DNA of 63,974 bases, filler included, from Dirinaria sp. TL-2023a (GCA_051941275.1; 3 parts of 3 records of this genome joined end to end with filler, not necessarily neighbours in it); one strand, 5' to 3'; shown: positions 14,991-28,274, numbered from the whole stretch's first letter. Notes: generated by a model from the sequence alone, not told the origin. Made by a program: numbers and translations.

Positions 14991-17869
14991 TCAATTTCCA
15001 AGCTCGACCCTTCTTTCCATTACGTGCCGAGCGTCGCTTTCATTCAGTATCTGAAGACCCAGCTCGTCTAGCACTTCCCGGCAACTTTCATTGTCCTGAA
15101 AGATCCTCCCTTCAACGTCCCAGAGGGATAGACTGGTACCTTCGTCTTCTGCTCCCAATTCTCCGTTCTTTGGTGTTACAGGTAAACGCAAGAGGACCAA
15201 CGCTTCTCCGAGTTTTCTCATGCCCAACTCTCCCTGTCCTGTTCCCAGATAACGATCCACAACCTCCCATATAGCGCTCACATCTCGCGAGAGTTGAGCA
15301 GCACCAGGCGACGAAAAAGACCGTCGCATAAGGATGTTTTCCCAGAAGAACGACTGCACGAAAAGTGCCAACTGGCGAATGATGCGACGTAATGGCGCTT
15401 GGGCAAGCGTCTTGGAGAGGAAGGAAATGTAGTCATCCAGTAGCTGTATTGAAACATCAAGCTCGGCGGTCAAGGCCAACGCCGAAGCATCAGTAGAGGA
15501 GTCGGACGAAAGAGATGACCAGGGGTTGATCCGTGCGTAAGATCGCAATGTTTCACGTATGCTCTGGATTAGTGTATCTTGAATGATACTCTCGGTACGT
15601 ATGCGGAGGCGCCGATAAGCTCCTGCCGTCTCGTCAAATAATGCGCCAGATTCTTCTTCTGAGCCCACAGCGCTTGAGGTGCGGTCTGCTACATCTTCAA
15701 TGCTCATGGGTCCGACCAGACCTTTCCCTCTGGCGTAGTTCTTTGCACGCTCTTGGAGTTCTTCCCAAAGCTCTAGAAAGAAAACGTCATCACTCCAATC
15801 TAGCATCTTCTTCTCGAGGTACTCGGCACTGCCATAAACTCGGCAGAGGCGCTCAAGTGCGCCAAGGCCCTCCAATTCTGCTTGTTCTTCCTTAGAGATC
15901 CCCTGGACAGTTCGGGCAATGGAAGATGTGAGGCTGAGATAAGCCTCAAGCGAGCCGTGAAGCCGGGAATGAAATTTGTCAAAGATAGCGATCTGTATGT
16001 CAATAAGGAAGCGCAGCTTTTGAGTAAATGACGAGAGAGGTCGATAGCGATCTGTAATAGTCTCGAGAAGATCGTTGACTTGGACCGCTGAGAATGTAGG
16101 TTTTGTGGCGCTTGCATCGACGCTATCGTAGTCAATTTCTCCACTCGCCTTCTGGTCAATGATGTTTTGGTAGCGAGATAGGGCGACTATGAAGCTATCA
16201 GTTGAAACAATTGCTGTATTCCTTTTGAAACACCCACAACTCTTTTCCACATCTAACCATGTACCAAACCATCCCCACTTGACTAGTATCTCCCAAGCTA
16301 GACCCTTCCACTCTTGCACGTCGTGGTCTTTGCAGTAGCCCCATTCTTCCGTTAGATTCACATCGAAGGTGATAAGCTCATGAATGAAGTGACTTAGAAG
16401 TTGTGGTTTGTTCGAGATCTGTGGCAAAAACCTCGAGATTTTCCGGCGAAGCATTGGCAGCAGGGCTGTAATGAGCGCAGATGTGGAGTCAACATAGACA
16501 GGCATAGAACCCAAATCTGTCTTTGCAAATCGCTTGTGCAGTATTGGCTGGAGATTTTCTCCGAAAAACGAATCATAGGTATTCAAAAGACCCATCACAT
16601 GAGACAAAAAATATTCTGGCTGAAAGAATCAATGTGGTTCAGAATTGCGAAGTGGGCCATACCTTGTCTGGTCTGTTAGTGGGACGGTCACTATCAAAAT
16701 GGTACTCGAAACGTAACTCGAGAGGCTTCACCATAACTTCAAGAGGAAGTAATACCAACGGCTCTTCTTGCGATGTAGTGGATGCTGAGTCGGCACCCTT
16801 GTCCTTAAGCTCTCTATGGAAAGGTTAGCTATTATCGAGTTATGCAGAGTTCTAAGCCATCAAGCTCTGAGCAATTGCCAAGCGGTCGAGACCTTCAATC
16901 TGATACCCCAGAACCTATCGCCAGCACAGCTGCAGATAGATGGTCGGCATATATGGTGCCGGAGGGGCGGGAAAGGATTCTACTCGAAGACAGAACAAGA
17001 GAGGCAGATACTGAGGGGTTCACGGGTAGCAAGCTCAAACGAAACTTACGGCTCTTGCAGATCGAGCAGTTTTTCTACGCCATCTGCCCATTCCTGCTTT
17101 ATCTTATTTCCGAGAGTAGCATCCTTTGTGGGCCATTTGAATTTCTTCAAAGTCTCCTCAAATTCCGATGCGAAAGCGGTCTTCATATCTCTCCAAAGCA
17201 TTTGGGCAGCATTTTCAACATGGTCCATCAAATGGGGAGCAGCATCCTCCGCTGCAGGCCGAGCCTCCTTCAAAGCGACAAGGATGTTCTGAAGTCGTAG
17301 ATATGGCTTCAAAGCAGCTTGCGGTGAGACCTTGAAGTTTTTACTTGCCTCTAGGCTGTGTCGAATCAGACAACGGCCCTTTAAAATGCTGGTAAGATTC
17401 TGACCTCAATTCGTCCACCTTCGCCAGTAGCTCGATGTAACCCGTAGCAATGTCCAGCCGTTGCAATTGCTCCATGCTGGAGTCAAATTTCGGTACTGCA
17501 TTGTCGCTAGTCTCGGATTGCGTCACAATAAGTAACCTCCGGTCGATGTCTTCTTGTTTCTTCTGGAAGGCTTGGGTGTGTTGTAACAGATCTGCTCGAT
17601 GGTCTTTGGAGGCTTTACTAGACTTTCGAAGGGTTGTTTCAGCTTCCTGAAGCTGCGTTCCTCTTAGTGCGTATCGTATTGGGACTTGAGCAGGGACGAA
17701 CTTGCTGCTTCAAGAGAGACTGCTGTTTGTGAACATTTTCGAGCAAATTCTCCAGGTTGTCGAGGTCAGAGTTAGTCTGAATTTTGTCGTTGAGATAGTC
17801 TTCCACCCGCACGGCTCGCCCCTCGCCCATTGCTGAATTTGGGGATGTCTGAACATTGAGTGTGGTCAT
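14991..17869 (-). CDS. TIP20: RINT-1/TIP20 family ER tethering (Dsl1 complex) protein, multi-exon
   Basis: RVEDYLNDKIQT N-terminus, RFEYHFDSDRPTNRPDK, LLSHFIHELITFD, LLETITDRYRPLSSFTQKLRFLIDIQI. Confidence 0.88.
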
Positions 17870-18048
17870 TGTTGTAAGCTATCGCGTCGGTCATCTTCTT
17901 CGTACCGCATGTTATAGATAGTAAAGGTGTGAGGTAGTCTTGACTTCATGAAGCGGATTTGGCTAGACAGGGTAGCCGCGGTCTGAAGTATGTTGTACCG
18001 AACAATCGGGAAAATGTGACCGGCCAAGTAACAAAAGGGCCAAGTGGA

Positions 18049-20744
18049 ATGTCGACACCTACAAAGCGGCGCAAGACTAATACTTACAAGCCTTCACCGA
18101 AGACCGTAGGAAGTCTCGATTTCTTTTTTGGGAGGCAAAAAGCCAGCCAGGGGGCCGCAAGCCGTGATAACGATGCTACAAGCGAGGCCGATGATCACAG
18201 TTCCACTCTAGGTGCGCCTCCTGTTGGAATTGGCTCGCAGAACTTAACAGATGAAGAACTCGCACGGAAGCTTCAGAATGAGTGGGATGAACAGGAGAAA
18301 AAGCAGGGGAGCAGAGAAGGTGATCCGACGACAGATGCTACGGAAGATACGTTCCAGAATGGCACTTTCTCGAACAGCGATACTGGGATTAGTCCAGCCC
18401 CCGTCCGTTTCAATGAGCACCAGAGTACCGAACAATTGCTCCAGATCAGAGAGGATCCGTCTCATGGGAAGAAAGACATATTATCTTTGCAGTCCACAAT
18501 CTCGGCCGAGAATTCGATCTCCTCTACCGTCCCCTTCGACGAGAACCCTCTGACGTTCGACCCATCAAAGTACCTCCCTGAGCTCCGAAAGCATTGGGCG
18601 GAACTAGGTGACAACGCTTCATACGCCATACTCACAAGATGCTTCATCCTCGTCAACAGCACGCAGAGTCGCATAAAGATCGTCGATACATTTGTGAATT
18701 TCCTGCGGACCCTAATTGAGGGCGATCCTGACAGCCTACTGCCTGCGGTAAATACACCCACCTGCCAGGGCCAGGCGTTACTAAGGCTTCATAGGTCTGG
18801 CTGGCGACCAACTCTATATCGCCCCCTTATATTTCACTGGAGTTGGGCCTTGGAGGCTCAGCCATATCAAAAGCGCTGAAGAAAACATGTGGCCTTGACA
18901 ACGCAGGCTTGAAAAGTCTCTACGATAAGCATGGTGACGCGGGGGATGTTGCCTTTGAGGCAAAGAAGAGGCAGGCGTTGTCTCTCCGCAAGCCGAAGCC
19001 ATTGTCCATTAGGAGCGTCTTTCAAAGCCTAGTGAAGATCGCTAATAGCAAAGGCACGGGCAGCCAAGAGGTTAAGCAGAGAATTGTCGAGAGGCTGCTG
19101 CAAGATTCTCAAGGAGCAGAAGAAAGCAGGTATCTGGTCCGAACGCTCGCCCAGCATCTACGCATAGGCGCTGTGAAGACCACCATGCTAATTGCGCTTT
19201 CGCGGGCCTTCCTGCTCTCAAGACCACCAGGCGCAAGCTTCCCTGTAACACCGCAGTCTGACCTTGTCAAGTTGAAGAAGGATGGCCTAGCTGAAGTGTA
19301 TGCGAGGGGTGAGGAACTGGTCAAGGCTAGTTTCGCGCGTAGACCAAATTACAATGACTTGGTGCAATGCCTGCTTGAGATTGGTATCTCCGATGAACTA
19401 CTGGAAAAGTGTGGACTAGCACTACATATACCACTGAGGCCGATGCTGGGTAGCATAACTCGAGATCTTGGCGAAATGCTTACGAAGTTGCAAGGACGAG
19501 ATTTCAGTTGCGAGTATAAGTACGACGGTCAGCGGGCTCAGGTCCATTGTGACACCAAAGGCAAAGTGTCCATCTTCTCTCGGCATCTAGAAGTCATGAC
19601 CGACAAATACCCTGACTTAGTTGGTCTTGTACCAACAATCCGGGGTGAGGGGGTCAGCAGCTTCATTCTCGAAGGCGAAGTGGTAGCTGTGGATAGGGAA
19701 TCGGGTGACTTAAAGGCGTTTCAGACACTCACTAATCGAGCTAAAAAAGACGTAGATCTTGGTTCCATCAAGGTTGATGTCTGTCTATTCGCTTTCGACC
19801 TGATGTATCTGAATGGCGAAGAGCTGCTAGGCCGATCTTTCCGTGAACGGCGAGAGCTGCTCCGTAGCCTTTTCGAGGAGGTTCCTCACCAATTCACATG
19901 GGTCAAGAACATCGACGCCACGTCCGCTGACTCAGACACGGTACTTGAGTTCTTCAAAAGTGCCACTGGCATCAAATGCGAAGGTATCATGGTAAAAGTG
20001 CTTGACAACACATCAACCCCAATACCCGTCCCAGACGGCGACGAGAGCCGAATCTACGATCGAGCCGTTGCCATAGCGCCTACCAATCTTAACAGAAAGG
20101 GCAAGTCTAAAATCACAGCAGCCGTGAAGGCTGAGGAGAAAGAGAAAGGAACGCGCCGCAAAGCTCTTCTTTCAACATATGAGCCAGATAAGCGACTCGA
20201 CTCCTGGCTCAAGGTGAAGAAAGACTACAATACGTCGGCCGACACCATTGATCTCATTCCCATCGCTGGATGGCATGGACAGGGGCGTAAAGCCAAATGG
20301 TGGTCACCCATCCTGCTGGCCGTGCGCAACCCAGAGACGGGATCTTTGGAAGCGGTTACCAAGTGCATCAGCGGCTTCACCGACAAATTCTATCAAGCAA
20401 ATAAGGACAAGTATGCGGAAGGAAGCGACAACGTCATTGCTCGGCCGAGTTATGTTGAGTACCACGGCCACCCGGATGTCTGGTTCGAACCACAGGAAGT
20501 ATGGGAGATGGCCTTTGCTGATATCACCAAGAGTCCGACCTACTTGGCGGCACTGGGTCTTGTGGACGAGGATCGTGGATTGAGCATGAGGTTCCCCAGG
20601 TTCCTCAAGGTACGCGAGGACAAAAGCATCGACGAGGCCAGCACTTCCGACTTCTTAGCGGAGCTGTATCACAAGCAAGACGTACGGGCAAAGCCGGGGA
20701 GTGAAGCCATCGCAGACGGAAGAACGTATGAAGGGGATGAATGA
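18049..20744 (+). CDS. adl1: ATP-dependent DNA ligase I-like paralogue (Adl1/'DNA ligase 3' type), one intron ~18748-18794
   Basis: EYKYDGQRAQVH adenylation motif, FILEGEVV, FAFDLMYLNG, CEGIMVK, WLKVKKDY, SMRFPRFLKVREDK. Confidence 0.88.
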
Positions 20745-21553
20745 CATTGAGATAGCTACAGTATCCAGGCTGGACAAGGGAGGGCATCATGAGCATGCTC
20801 GGTTTACCTAAGGTGATTGCAAACAGGACTACCTACATGCAGGATACCTTACAACTCTGGCGTTGAACCTGCTGCACTCACGATTGTGGTCTGAGTAATC
20901 GCTTGACGTAACTCACCTGGCTCATGCCGCGCTCCTGGCCCAATAACAGCAGCGCACACCCACAGTGCTCTCGATCAATCAGCACATCTGGCCCAAGGTG
21001 CCCTTCGCCCTCCCTTAGGTACAGTATGCTTCCTTGATGGGCATCTATTTTCCGAAAGGTAATCTGCTATTTCTTTGCTAGGAACGACGTACTGTACTTT
21101 AGCACTGAACCTAACCTCAAGCGCTGACAAGAAAAGACTGATCTGTACTGTACATTAATGCACGCGAGGCATGTATTAGTACCAGACCCTACCTTAGGGT
21201 ACCTTAGTACATGAGAGTTGTACTTTATCTACGTGTACCTACATGTACCTTACCTTCCTACCTTACCTATCTCGAAGTACATCTCCTTACTAGGTCCGGT
21301 AGGTAGTAACGTGTGGGTACCTTACCTGAGAGCCTTACTCTCCGAGGCTTTCAACGATTTGACAGCTTCAATTCCACGTGACCATCACTCCAAGCGAGGG
21401 CATGCCTCAATGAGTGATAGCGGTGTCTCCGAAGTAGCTAGCCTTGTCGATCACGGCGCTATTCACACGGGCGCTCGACCAGGGGGGAGGGAGGGGGGAA
21501 AGAATTGGAAGAGGGCAATTTATTAGTTACTTTAGTTGGGGGCATTTGCGTAC

Positions 21554-21653
21554 NNNNNNNNNNNNNNNNNNNNNNNNNNNNNNNNNNNNNNNNNNNNTTA
21601 ATTAATTAANNNNNNNNNNNNNNNNNNNNNNNNNNNNNNNNNNNNNNNNNNNN
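21554..21653. other. Artificial contig linker / assembly gap
   Basis: N44 + TTAATTAATTAA (stops in all six frames) + N44. Confidence 0.95.
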
Positions 21654-22464
21654 GATATGGAAATTCCCCAGACTCACCAATCCAATGGAATGGGCACAGC
21701 ACCCCACCAGGCGCCCAGCACAGCGCCCACGCTCCCGCCCCACACCCCATCGAAAGGTAAACTCGCCGCACTGATCTCCCACCACATCTGTCGATCCACG
21801 CCATTGACATAGAAAAGCGGTAGCACACCCAGCAGCGCTAAATGTGTTGCGCAGAGCATCGTATGTGGGATGTGCGTGGTAAGCGGCGCCCCGAAGAGGA
21901 TCAGGATGGTGAAGAGGAGAGGAACGGCGGTGAAGAGGGTTAGCAGGAGGGAGAGTAGGGCAGGCTTTTTTTTTTTTGGAGGGGTCAGTCTGAGTTTGCT
22001 TGGGGAAAAAAGGGGGGAGAAGGATTGGGGAGCGTTACGATGAGATTATGCCGTAGAGCGGTGGTTGGAGAATCTTTTCGACCTCCTGGGCGCCGTTTCG
22101 GGTGCGAAGGTTTTGGCTGCTGTGGATGCTGTTGGGGTGGATCATCTTTGAGAGAGGCTTTTTGCTGCGTTGGCCGGTTGTTGTTGTTGGTGTGTGCGGG
22201 CAGACAGATTAGCATCCAGATTAATTGGAGGATAGAGACTGGGAGCAAAGAGCTGGTGAGAGTAGATACGGGGTCGGCGACGAGGGAGGGGAAGCGGAAT
22301 ATGAAGAGGGATAGCTGCACAAGGGAGTGAATGTGGGTGTAGGATCGAGAGAGGGGGGTTGGGTTTGCTGTTATGGGGGTCGAGATTGGGGTTATTTTGC
22401 GGTGCGTTTTGCGTGTAGATGTGCTGGCGCTCGTGAGAGTGGTGGAGGGATCTGTGGTGGTCAT
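21654..22464 (-). CDS. GPI11: GPI ethanolamine phosphate transferase accessory subunit (PIG-F family); 3' end lost in gap
   Basis: LFGAPLTTHIPHTMLCATHLALL...GAVLGAWWGAVPIPLDW followed by a GTGAGT donor and then the N gap. Confidence 0.88.
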
Positions 22465-22861
22465 TGTTTGTCACTGAGTACATCATGTAAATGATTGAGC
22501 ATCTAGAGACCTTGAGGTGAGAATTGGAGATGTAGGTAACCCTACATTACCTTATGTAACCCTAGCGAGCCTACTCGGGGTTGGAGTGCTACGGCGGTCT
22601 TCAAGGAGTTGTTAGAATGAATCGATATTGGAAGAACGGGACAGGAGGCTTGCAGCGATGCTGTTCTACTTGCTACAATATCTGTACCGAGAAGCCGCTA
22701 TTAATACCCATCTACCCTCTTCTATCTACAGACATTGTCTCCAAGCTGTGGCAAGGAAAAAAAAAAAAGACGCTGGCTAAATTTCGCAGCAGCAGCAAAA
22801 TGCATATCTTCTCTAAACAACGGTCCGTCTGGCGCTACTGATCATAGTCGCCCAGTCGCAT

Positions 22862-23363
22862 CTAGATGCCTTTGACAGCAATGGTTCTCTCGGCGTTCAA
22901 CCGATCTGCATTGCGCTCGTGGCTCTCCTTCTTGCAATCTTCCAGCCCCGTACACTTGTGATCCTCCAGCATGCGATGCTTGCCACAGAATTTGCCTTGG
23001 CAAAAGGAGCAGTCGCCGACGATTTTCTGAGCCGCTTCCTTGCAGTCTTTGAAAGTGCAACGGGTCTTCTTGGGGGCGCCACCTCGGATGGGGAAGGAGA
23101 GTGCCAGTGTGGCGTTTTGAGGCATGGTGGACAGTGAGGTGCTGGGTGTGAGATGGTGCCCGGCGTGGGTAAGGCGCAGGGTGCTGGGAGGAGTGGAGAG
23201 ACGGAGTGAGAGAAGATGAAGGAGGTGTGTCAGAGGAGTTGCGGTGGGGAGAATGAGAGGGATGGCTGGGAGGTCCGTCAGCTTACCTCCGGTATACGGC
23301 AAGCGGTACTAGGGACTTACTCTCGTTCGATGGTAGTTTGACAAAGATTTGATGGCTCTCCAT
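22862..23363 (-). CDS. Ubiquitin-like domain + AN1-type zinc finger protein (TMC1-like), intron 23266-23320
   Basis: Spliced MESHQIFVKLPSNETIPL...LRLTHAGHHL...FPIRGG followed by CTFKDC...GDCSFCQGKFCGKHRMLEDHKC. Confidence 0.88.
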
Positions 23364-24123
23364 GGTCTCGGATGTGGCGGAGGTGGATGAAGACACGGAA
23401 GAAGAGCGAGAGGTACGCATGCTGCTCGTTTACGGACGTGGAATGTGGTCTTCTTTGTGTGGGTGGTGCATAGAAGTGCTGGACTGATTACGTTTCTTTC
23501 AAGGCCAAAGAAAGCCGAGAGACAGAAGACTGGAGATGAGGATGTAGACGTAGATCTCAGCAAAACGTAAATTTGACACTAGAAGACTGAAAGGATAGAT
23601 AATGTACGAGATACAGGAGACCGAGTGAAGAGGAAGTGATGTAACAAATCAAGATTGATATGCGCACAGAGATTGGTCTGTGTCAAAGGGAAAGAAATGA
23701 TGACTACAGCGTGGAAGCTTTAGTCAGGTGTCACGGAGGGCTCGGGCAGCAGATGATGAGGAAAAGATCAGGAGCGATGAAAGACTAGATGCGGCAATAA
23801 GGAAAAGCTTGGGTTGACTAATTAAGGTACCTTAAGATACATACTTAATGTAAAGTACGTGCAAGAGTATTTGGAAGGCACTCCAGGTTCGCATGATGTG
23901 GCTTGATCTCGCAAAGCCACTGACACATGGCACGCCACTAACTCCGGACCAGGCACGAATTGATTTAGCGTCGGATATAGAATGTGGACCGAGGGACGGA
24001 AAGCTTGGCAACCAGACGGCGATGACACAAAATTCCAGATCGAACTTAAGGTATCACGTCCTCGCGCTCCTGGATTGATAAGGTTGAATCCCAAAATGCA
24101 GCTGGACTACTGCTGTTATCCCA

Positions 24124-25697
24124 TCACGTGCCTACAGCTTTCCTTCTAACCATGCGGACCCATCTCCTCCTTCGCCAAATCCCAGTCCTCTCCCGTCCTG
24201 TTCCTTCCTCCCAACCCGGACCTTTGCCTTTAATCACCCGGGCGATGGTGCCTTCTTCTCCTTCCTCAGGCCCCTCGGCTAGATCCACGACCCATCTCTC
24301 CCCATCTTCTTCAACTGCGACCTTTTGAACGATCCTCTCCTCGACCCAGTCCCTACTTCCCAAATCTAGCTCCCACTTCTTGCCGCTCCATTCCCAGCCT
24401 TCAGGCGGTTGCACATCCTCGAAGAAGCGTGTGCCCCTAGCCCTGTCGCCCGCAATCCGGGAAGGATTCCCGGGATCATATGGAGAGGGAGAATAGAGCC
24501 ATGGTTCCCACTCATGGTGATGCAGGTGTTGCAATTCAAAGATCTCCACCTCGCGCTCTTCCCGAGGTGCGTCGAGGGTGATGTCGGCGGTAATGTATTT
24601 GTTGTAGAAGGACTGAGCGGTTTTCTCGTGTGGCCGGAGGTGGTTCTTCCGGGTCAAGATGGCCAATCGTTGGACATTCGGGTGGCCGAGAGGTATAACG
24701 GTCCATGCTACTGCAAGAGCGAGGAAGCGGAAGGGGAGAAGATGGGCTGTGATGAACGAGAGGCAAGTGATCACGAAAAGAATCAGGAATATAGAGGAAG
24801 ATAGCTCTTCATTCGAAAAATTCGTGAAAGGTGCGACAAGAGCAATGAGCATATCATGCGAGGTAGAGAAGTCGTCCATGCTATTTTGCAGATCGCGCAT
24901 GTTGCGGAAGAAGTCCTTGGACATTTCGGACGCAGGACGTATAGTGCTCGGTGGCGCAAGAGGTGGCCCGTGGAGCGAATAGGTTGAGTCGTTGGCTGCA
25001 GGTGGTGGCGGCGGATGGCGTGCAAGGAACGCTGGAACAAAAACAAAGAGGAGTATCGACGCGAGGAGAAGGACTGGTAGGAGGTAGGGATCGAGGCAGA
25101 TAAATGATAGGACGGCGAGGAGAGAAAGAGTGTGAGAAGGAGTAGTCCAGTTGAGCAGGCGGATGAGGCGCGTCTGGAAAACGAAGACGACACCAATCCT
25201 GCATTACATGTTAGGTAATCTTCATGGTGTTGTCTCGGTGCGGTCATGGAAGGGACATACCTCGCATTGAACCGCCGGAAATTTTTTGTCATTAAGGGTA
25301 AACTGAAGCTGGGCCTCTGGATGTACTTTGAACTTCTCTCATCCAGCCTGACCTCCCCATCATCGCCAACCTCCTGCACAGGGATCACCTGCTGCATGAG
25401 CCTACGACGACGCTTAGTACACCATGAGCGAAATCTTCCAACTCCATATTTGCGAATCGGCATGGCTCACTTGCTAAATAGTCGGTCCTGCAACGAGGTG
25501 CCGGACTCATGAGGATTGCTAGCATCGTGGAGCTTCTCCTTCAAGTGGGAGCTCGAGAGCTTGTTCCTCAGCCTGGTTCGTTTGCTCGCGTGTTCTGTAT
25601 CAGATGATGCAGTAGAAGGTGTATCTTCAATGGGAATGGTTAGGACAGGGACAGGCTCGTCGCGGTTGACGAACGCTTCGGCTGTGTACTCTTCCAT
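24124..25697 (-). CDS. PEX29: Pex24/Pex28-29 family integral peroxisomal/ER membrane peroxin, multi-exon
   Basis: RPSFSLPLMTKNFRRFNAR, SKDFFRNMRDLQNSMDDF, EVEIFELQ, GTRFFEDVQPPEGWEW, WRRRRWVRMV (DysF-type end). Confidence 0.85.
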
Positions 25698-26313
25698 CAC
25701 GCTGGCTTCGTCTTCGAATGAGAACCAAGGAAATCATAGCACCTAGAAAGCGGCTGTTGTTTGGCGTGTACGGTATACTACATATAGTAGATAAAGTACA
25801 TGAGGTTGGTAATAGGATAACCTCGGCCCGAGGGGCCGAGAGGCTTTCCATGTGCCTAGCCGAGCCAGACTCGGGAGCCAGGTGGCATGGAAAAATATTA
25901 ATCCGTCAAGTCACGTCACAACCAACAAATAATTAATCGAACACTAAATGCGCCAAGCATCACCCAAAGTGTCCGATTTGATCTGAAACCCGCGAGCTTG
26001 GGTCCCCATTCTCACGTTGTAATGCATTCGACAACTATGAGTTGAACTCATCCATTTCTCTGTTTTGATAGGGTGCGAGTTTCAAAGAGAGACTGTTCAA
26101 CGAAGTAACGACGGACTGATTCACCAAAGATTGAAGATTTCAGAGGGAAAAGAATAATAAGAGAGGTACTAATAGATAAAAATGAGTGGTGTGGAGGGTG
26201 GTGTGGCGCCGGTGGTTGTCTAGATATGCCCTGCGTCTTAAAGGTCGGCATCTTCTGAGTACCTCGTTTCATTGAGGGTTCGGAAAGAATGTAAGGTGTA
26301 GGCTTTGAGAGCC

Positions 26314-27354
26314 TCATGGAGTAGGTTCTGTGACCTTTCCCATGATATTCAGGACGCTGCTAAGCTCATCTTCCGTGCATCTTCCTATGCCACACTCAGT
26401 CGACACACCAAAGCCTTGTACAACCATTTGTGCTCTCTTTATCCTCTCCAGAGTTCCCTGCAAGTCGTAAGGATGGATCAGTCCTATGAAAAGCTCCGTC
26501 TCCGGTTGCAGTTTCAATTGTTTCAAGGGTGCAAAGTAGCTGTCATCTGTTCGATCCTTTGGCACAGGCAACTGTACCCACTGAATTGGTCTTTGCACTT
26601 GCTTTGCCAGTTGGTTGGCCATTTCCACGAGTAGGCTTGTATCCTTCGGTTGCACAAAATGACGATGGTTGAGGTCGCCATAGCATAGATGAAATCCCAA
26701 TTCGACGCCTGCTTTGACCTGCGCTGACAATTTCAACAATCTGTTCACAATTCCTTCCTTCACTGGCGAGAACCACGGTGTGAACGGCTTCCCAACCTCT
26801 TCTAGCATGGCGAATTCCACCGCGCAGTCCCATTGAATTGCCAAGTCTGAAGCGGGGATTTGCTCCTGGATGTTCTTCAAAGCCTTTATGAGAAAGCTCT
26901 CGTACATGGGTTCAACTCGCTCGTGATATTGAGGGAGGACGAACTTGGGAACCACATTGACTGGTGTAGGCAACGAAACTTGGAATCTCGTGTTCGGCTC
27001 GATCACACCTTGGCTACGCAAATCTCGGAATATTTGGTAAGACGCCAAAGCTGCATCATCATACTTGGTTTCGCCAAGTCGAATTTCGTCGCTTGAATCC
27101 GCAGCTTTGAGCTCATGCTTCTTCTTCGCTAGTTCTTGCTCAGGCATGATGAAAGGGCTTGTTAAAAACACGACGTCTTGACAGAAAACGAAATAATTGC
27201 GATCACCAGTCTCGCCATCCCGTAAGCGGCGAATCCGGCCTGGCAACTTCTCCGTGATACTTTGCAATACAGTGCTTGTGTCTAGAAGTGGAATGCTGCC
27301 CACAAAATGGACTGCAGACGGTAGGCTCATCTTCGGTGGGTCCGAGGCAGCCAT
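26314..27354 (-). CDS. Cobalamin-independent methionine synthase catalytic-domain-like (UROD/MetE-like) protein, intronless
   Basis: HFVGSIP, DGETGDR, FQVSLPTP, IQWD, HLCYGD, STECG motifs. Start inferred at the ATG of MAASD. Confidence 0.75.
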   Translation of the reverse strand: MAASDPPKMSLPSAVHFVGSIPLLDTSTVLQSITEKLPGRIRRLRDGETGDRNYFVFCQDVVFLTSPFIMPEQELAKKKHELKAADSSDEIRLGETKYDDAALASYQIFRDLRSQGVIEPNTRFQVSLPTPVNVVPKFVLPQYHERVEPMYESFLIKALKNIQEQIPASDLAIQWDCAVEFAMLEEVGKPFTPWFSPVKEGIVNRLLKLSAQVKAGVELGFHLCYGDLNHRHFVQPKDTSLLVEMANQLAKQVQRPIQWVQLPVPKDRTDDSYFAPLKQLKLQPETELFIGLIHPYDLQGTLERIKRAQMVVQGFGVSTECGIGRCTEDELSSVLNIMGKVTEPTP

Positions 27355-28274
27355 GATGATGGACGCTTTGAAAGGCCAAAGGAGAAGGGGATGGGCGATT
27401 TTTATGAATGCCTGCCACCTGCAAACTAGATCATCTAAGTAGTTGAAAATGACCCCAGCTTGAAGGTTGGCCGAATATGTGATTTTCGGCTCAGTTGTAC
27501 AATTCAAATGGCCGAAAACCCGGGTTTGATCAGCTCTTCAGATTTGTGTCCAGCGTATCCAATCTGAGACACACTATCGATGGCGTTTTGTATTGTTGAG
27601 GTAATGCAGAGCATGGCAGAGCGCTACGATGCGAAGAGCTCCACAGTCAAGAACGTGCCTAGACCGACTTTGAAGCCTTATCGAGGCTTAGCTAAACGGC
27701 AAAACAGAACATCCTATAGATGTTGCTTTAGCATGTAGATCCTCAGACAAAATACGTACCATATCTGGGCAAGCGAGGAGCGCTCCAGGTAGCAATTCCC
27801 CATGCATCCGGCTAGCAGCATTAGTGGGGTTGATCGAGCTACCTTAGTAGGTTAATGGTGTGGTCCTTGGTATGTTTCTGATGAATTTCAGGACACCAAA
27901 ATGGTCTCATAGTCGTGTCTGCCTGGAAAAGCCGACGTTCTCCACTGGCTTATGCTGCTGAGTTGCATACGATGATCTAAAAAGAGGCGATGATCAGAAG
28001 CAGGATTCGAGAAATGATCTTAACTTAGCCTCAGCCTCAGCCTCAACCTCGTCGCTGCAATAGCCCGATCGTTTTGTTGACTCCAAAACTAAATCCTCCA
28101 TTCAATATTTCTTATTGATCAGTTATTGACGCTCCAATTCTCTTGCAAGGCTGAGGCGGGATACTCATGAATCAATCTGCCGAGGCACTTTGGGAGATAT
28201 GAGCAAGAATTGGGTGGAAAATTCACCTGTTTGGGTTATCAACGACTTACGCAGACTAAGTTCTGCTTACCGCA

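Noticed and set aside
21598..21609. TTAATTAATTAA as a biological repeat or transposon footprint
   Set aside because: Centred in symmetric N runs and repeated identically at 43232-43243; it is an assembly spacer
23266..23320. Second GTAAG and internal TAG within the UBL-AN1 intron suggesting a nested intron (stwintron)
   Set aside because: The internal pieces are far too short to be spliced; a single 55-nt intron restores the frame
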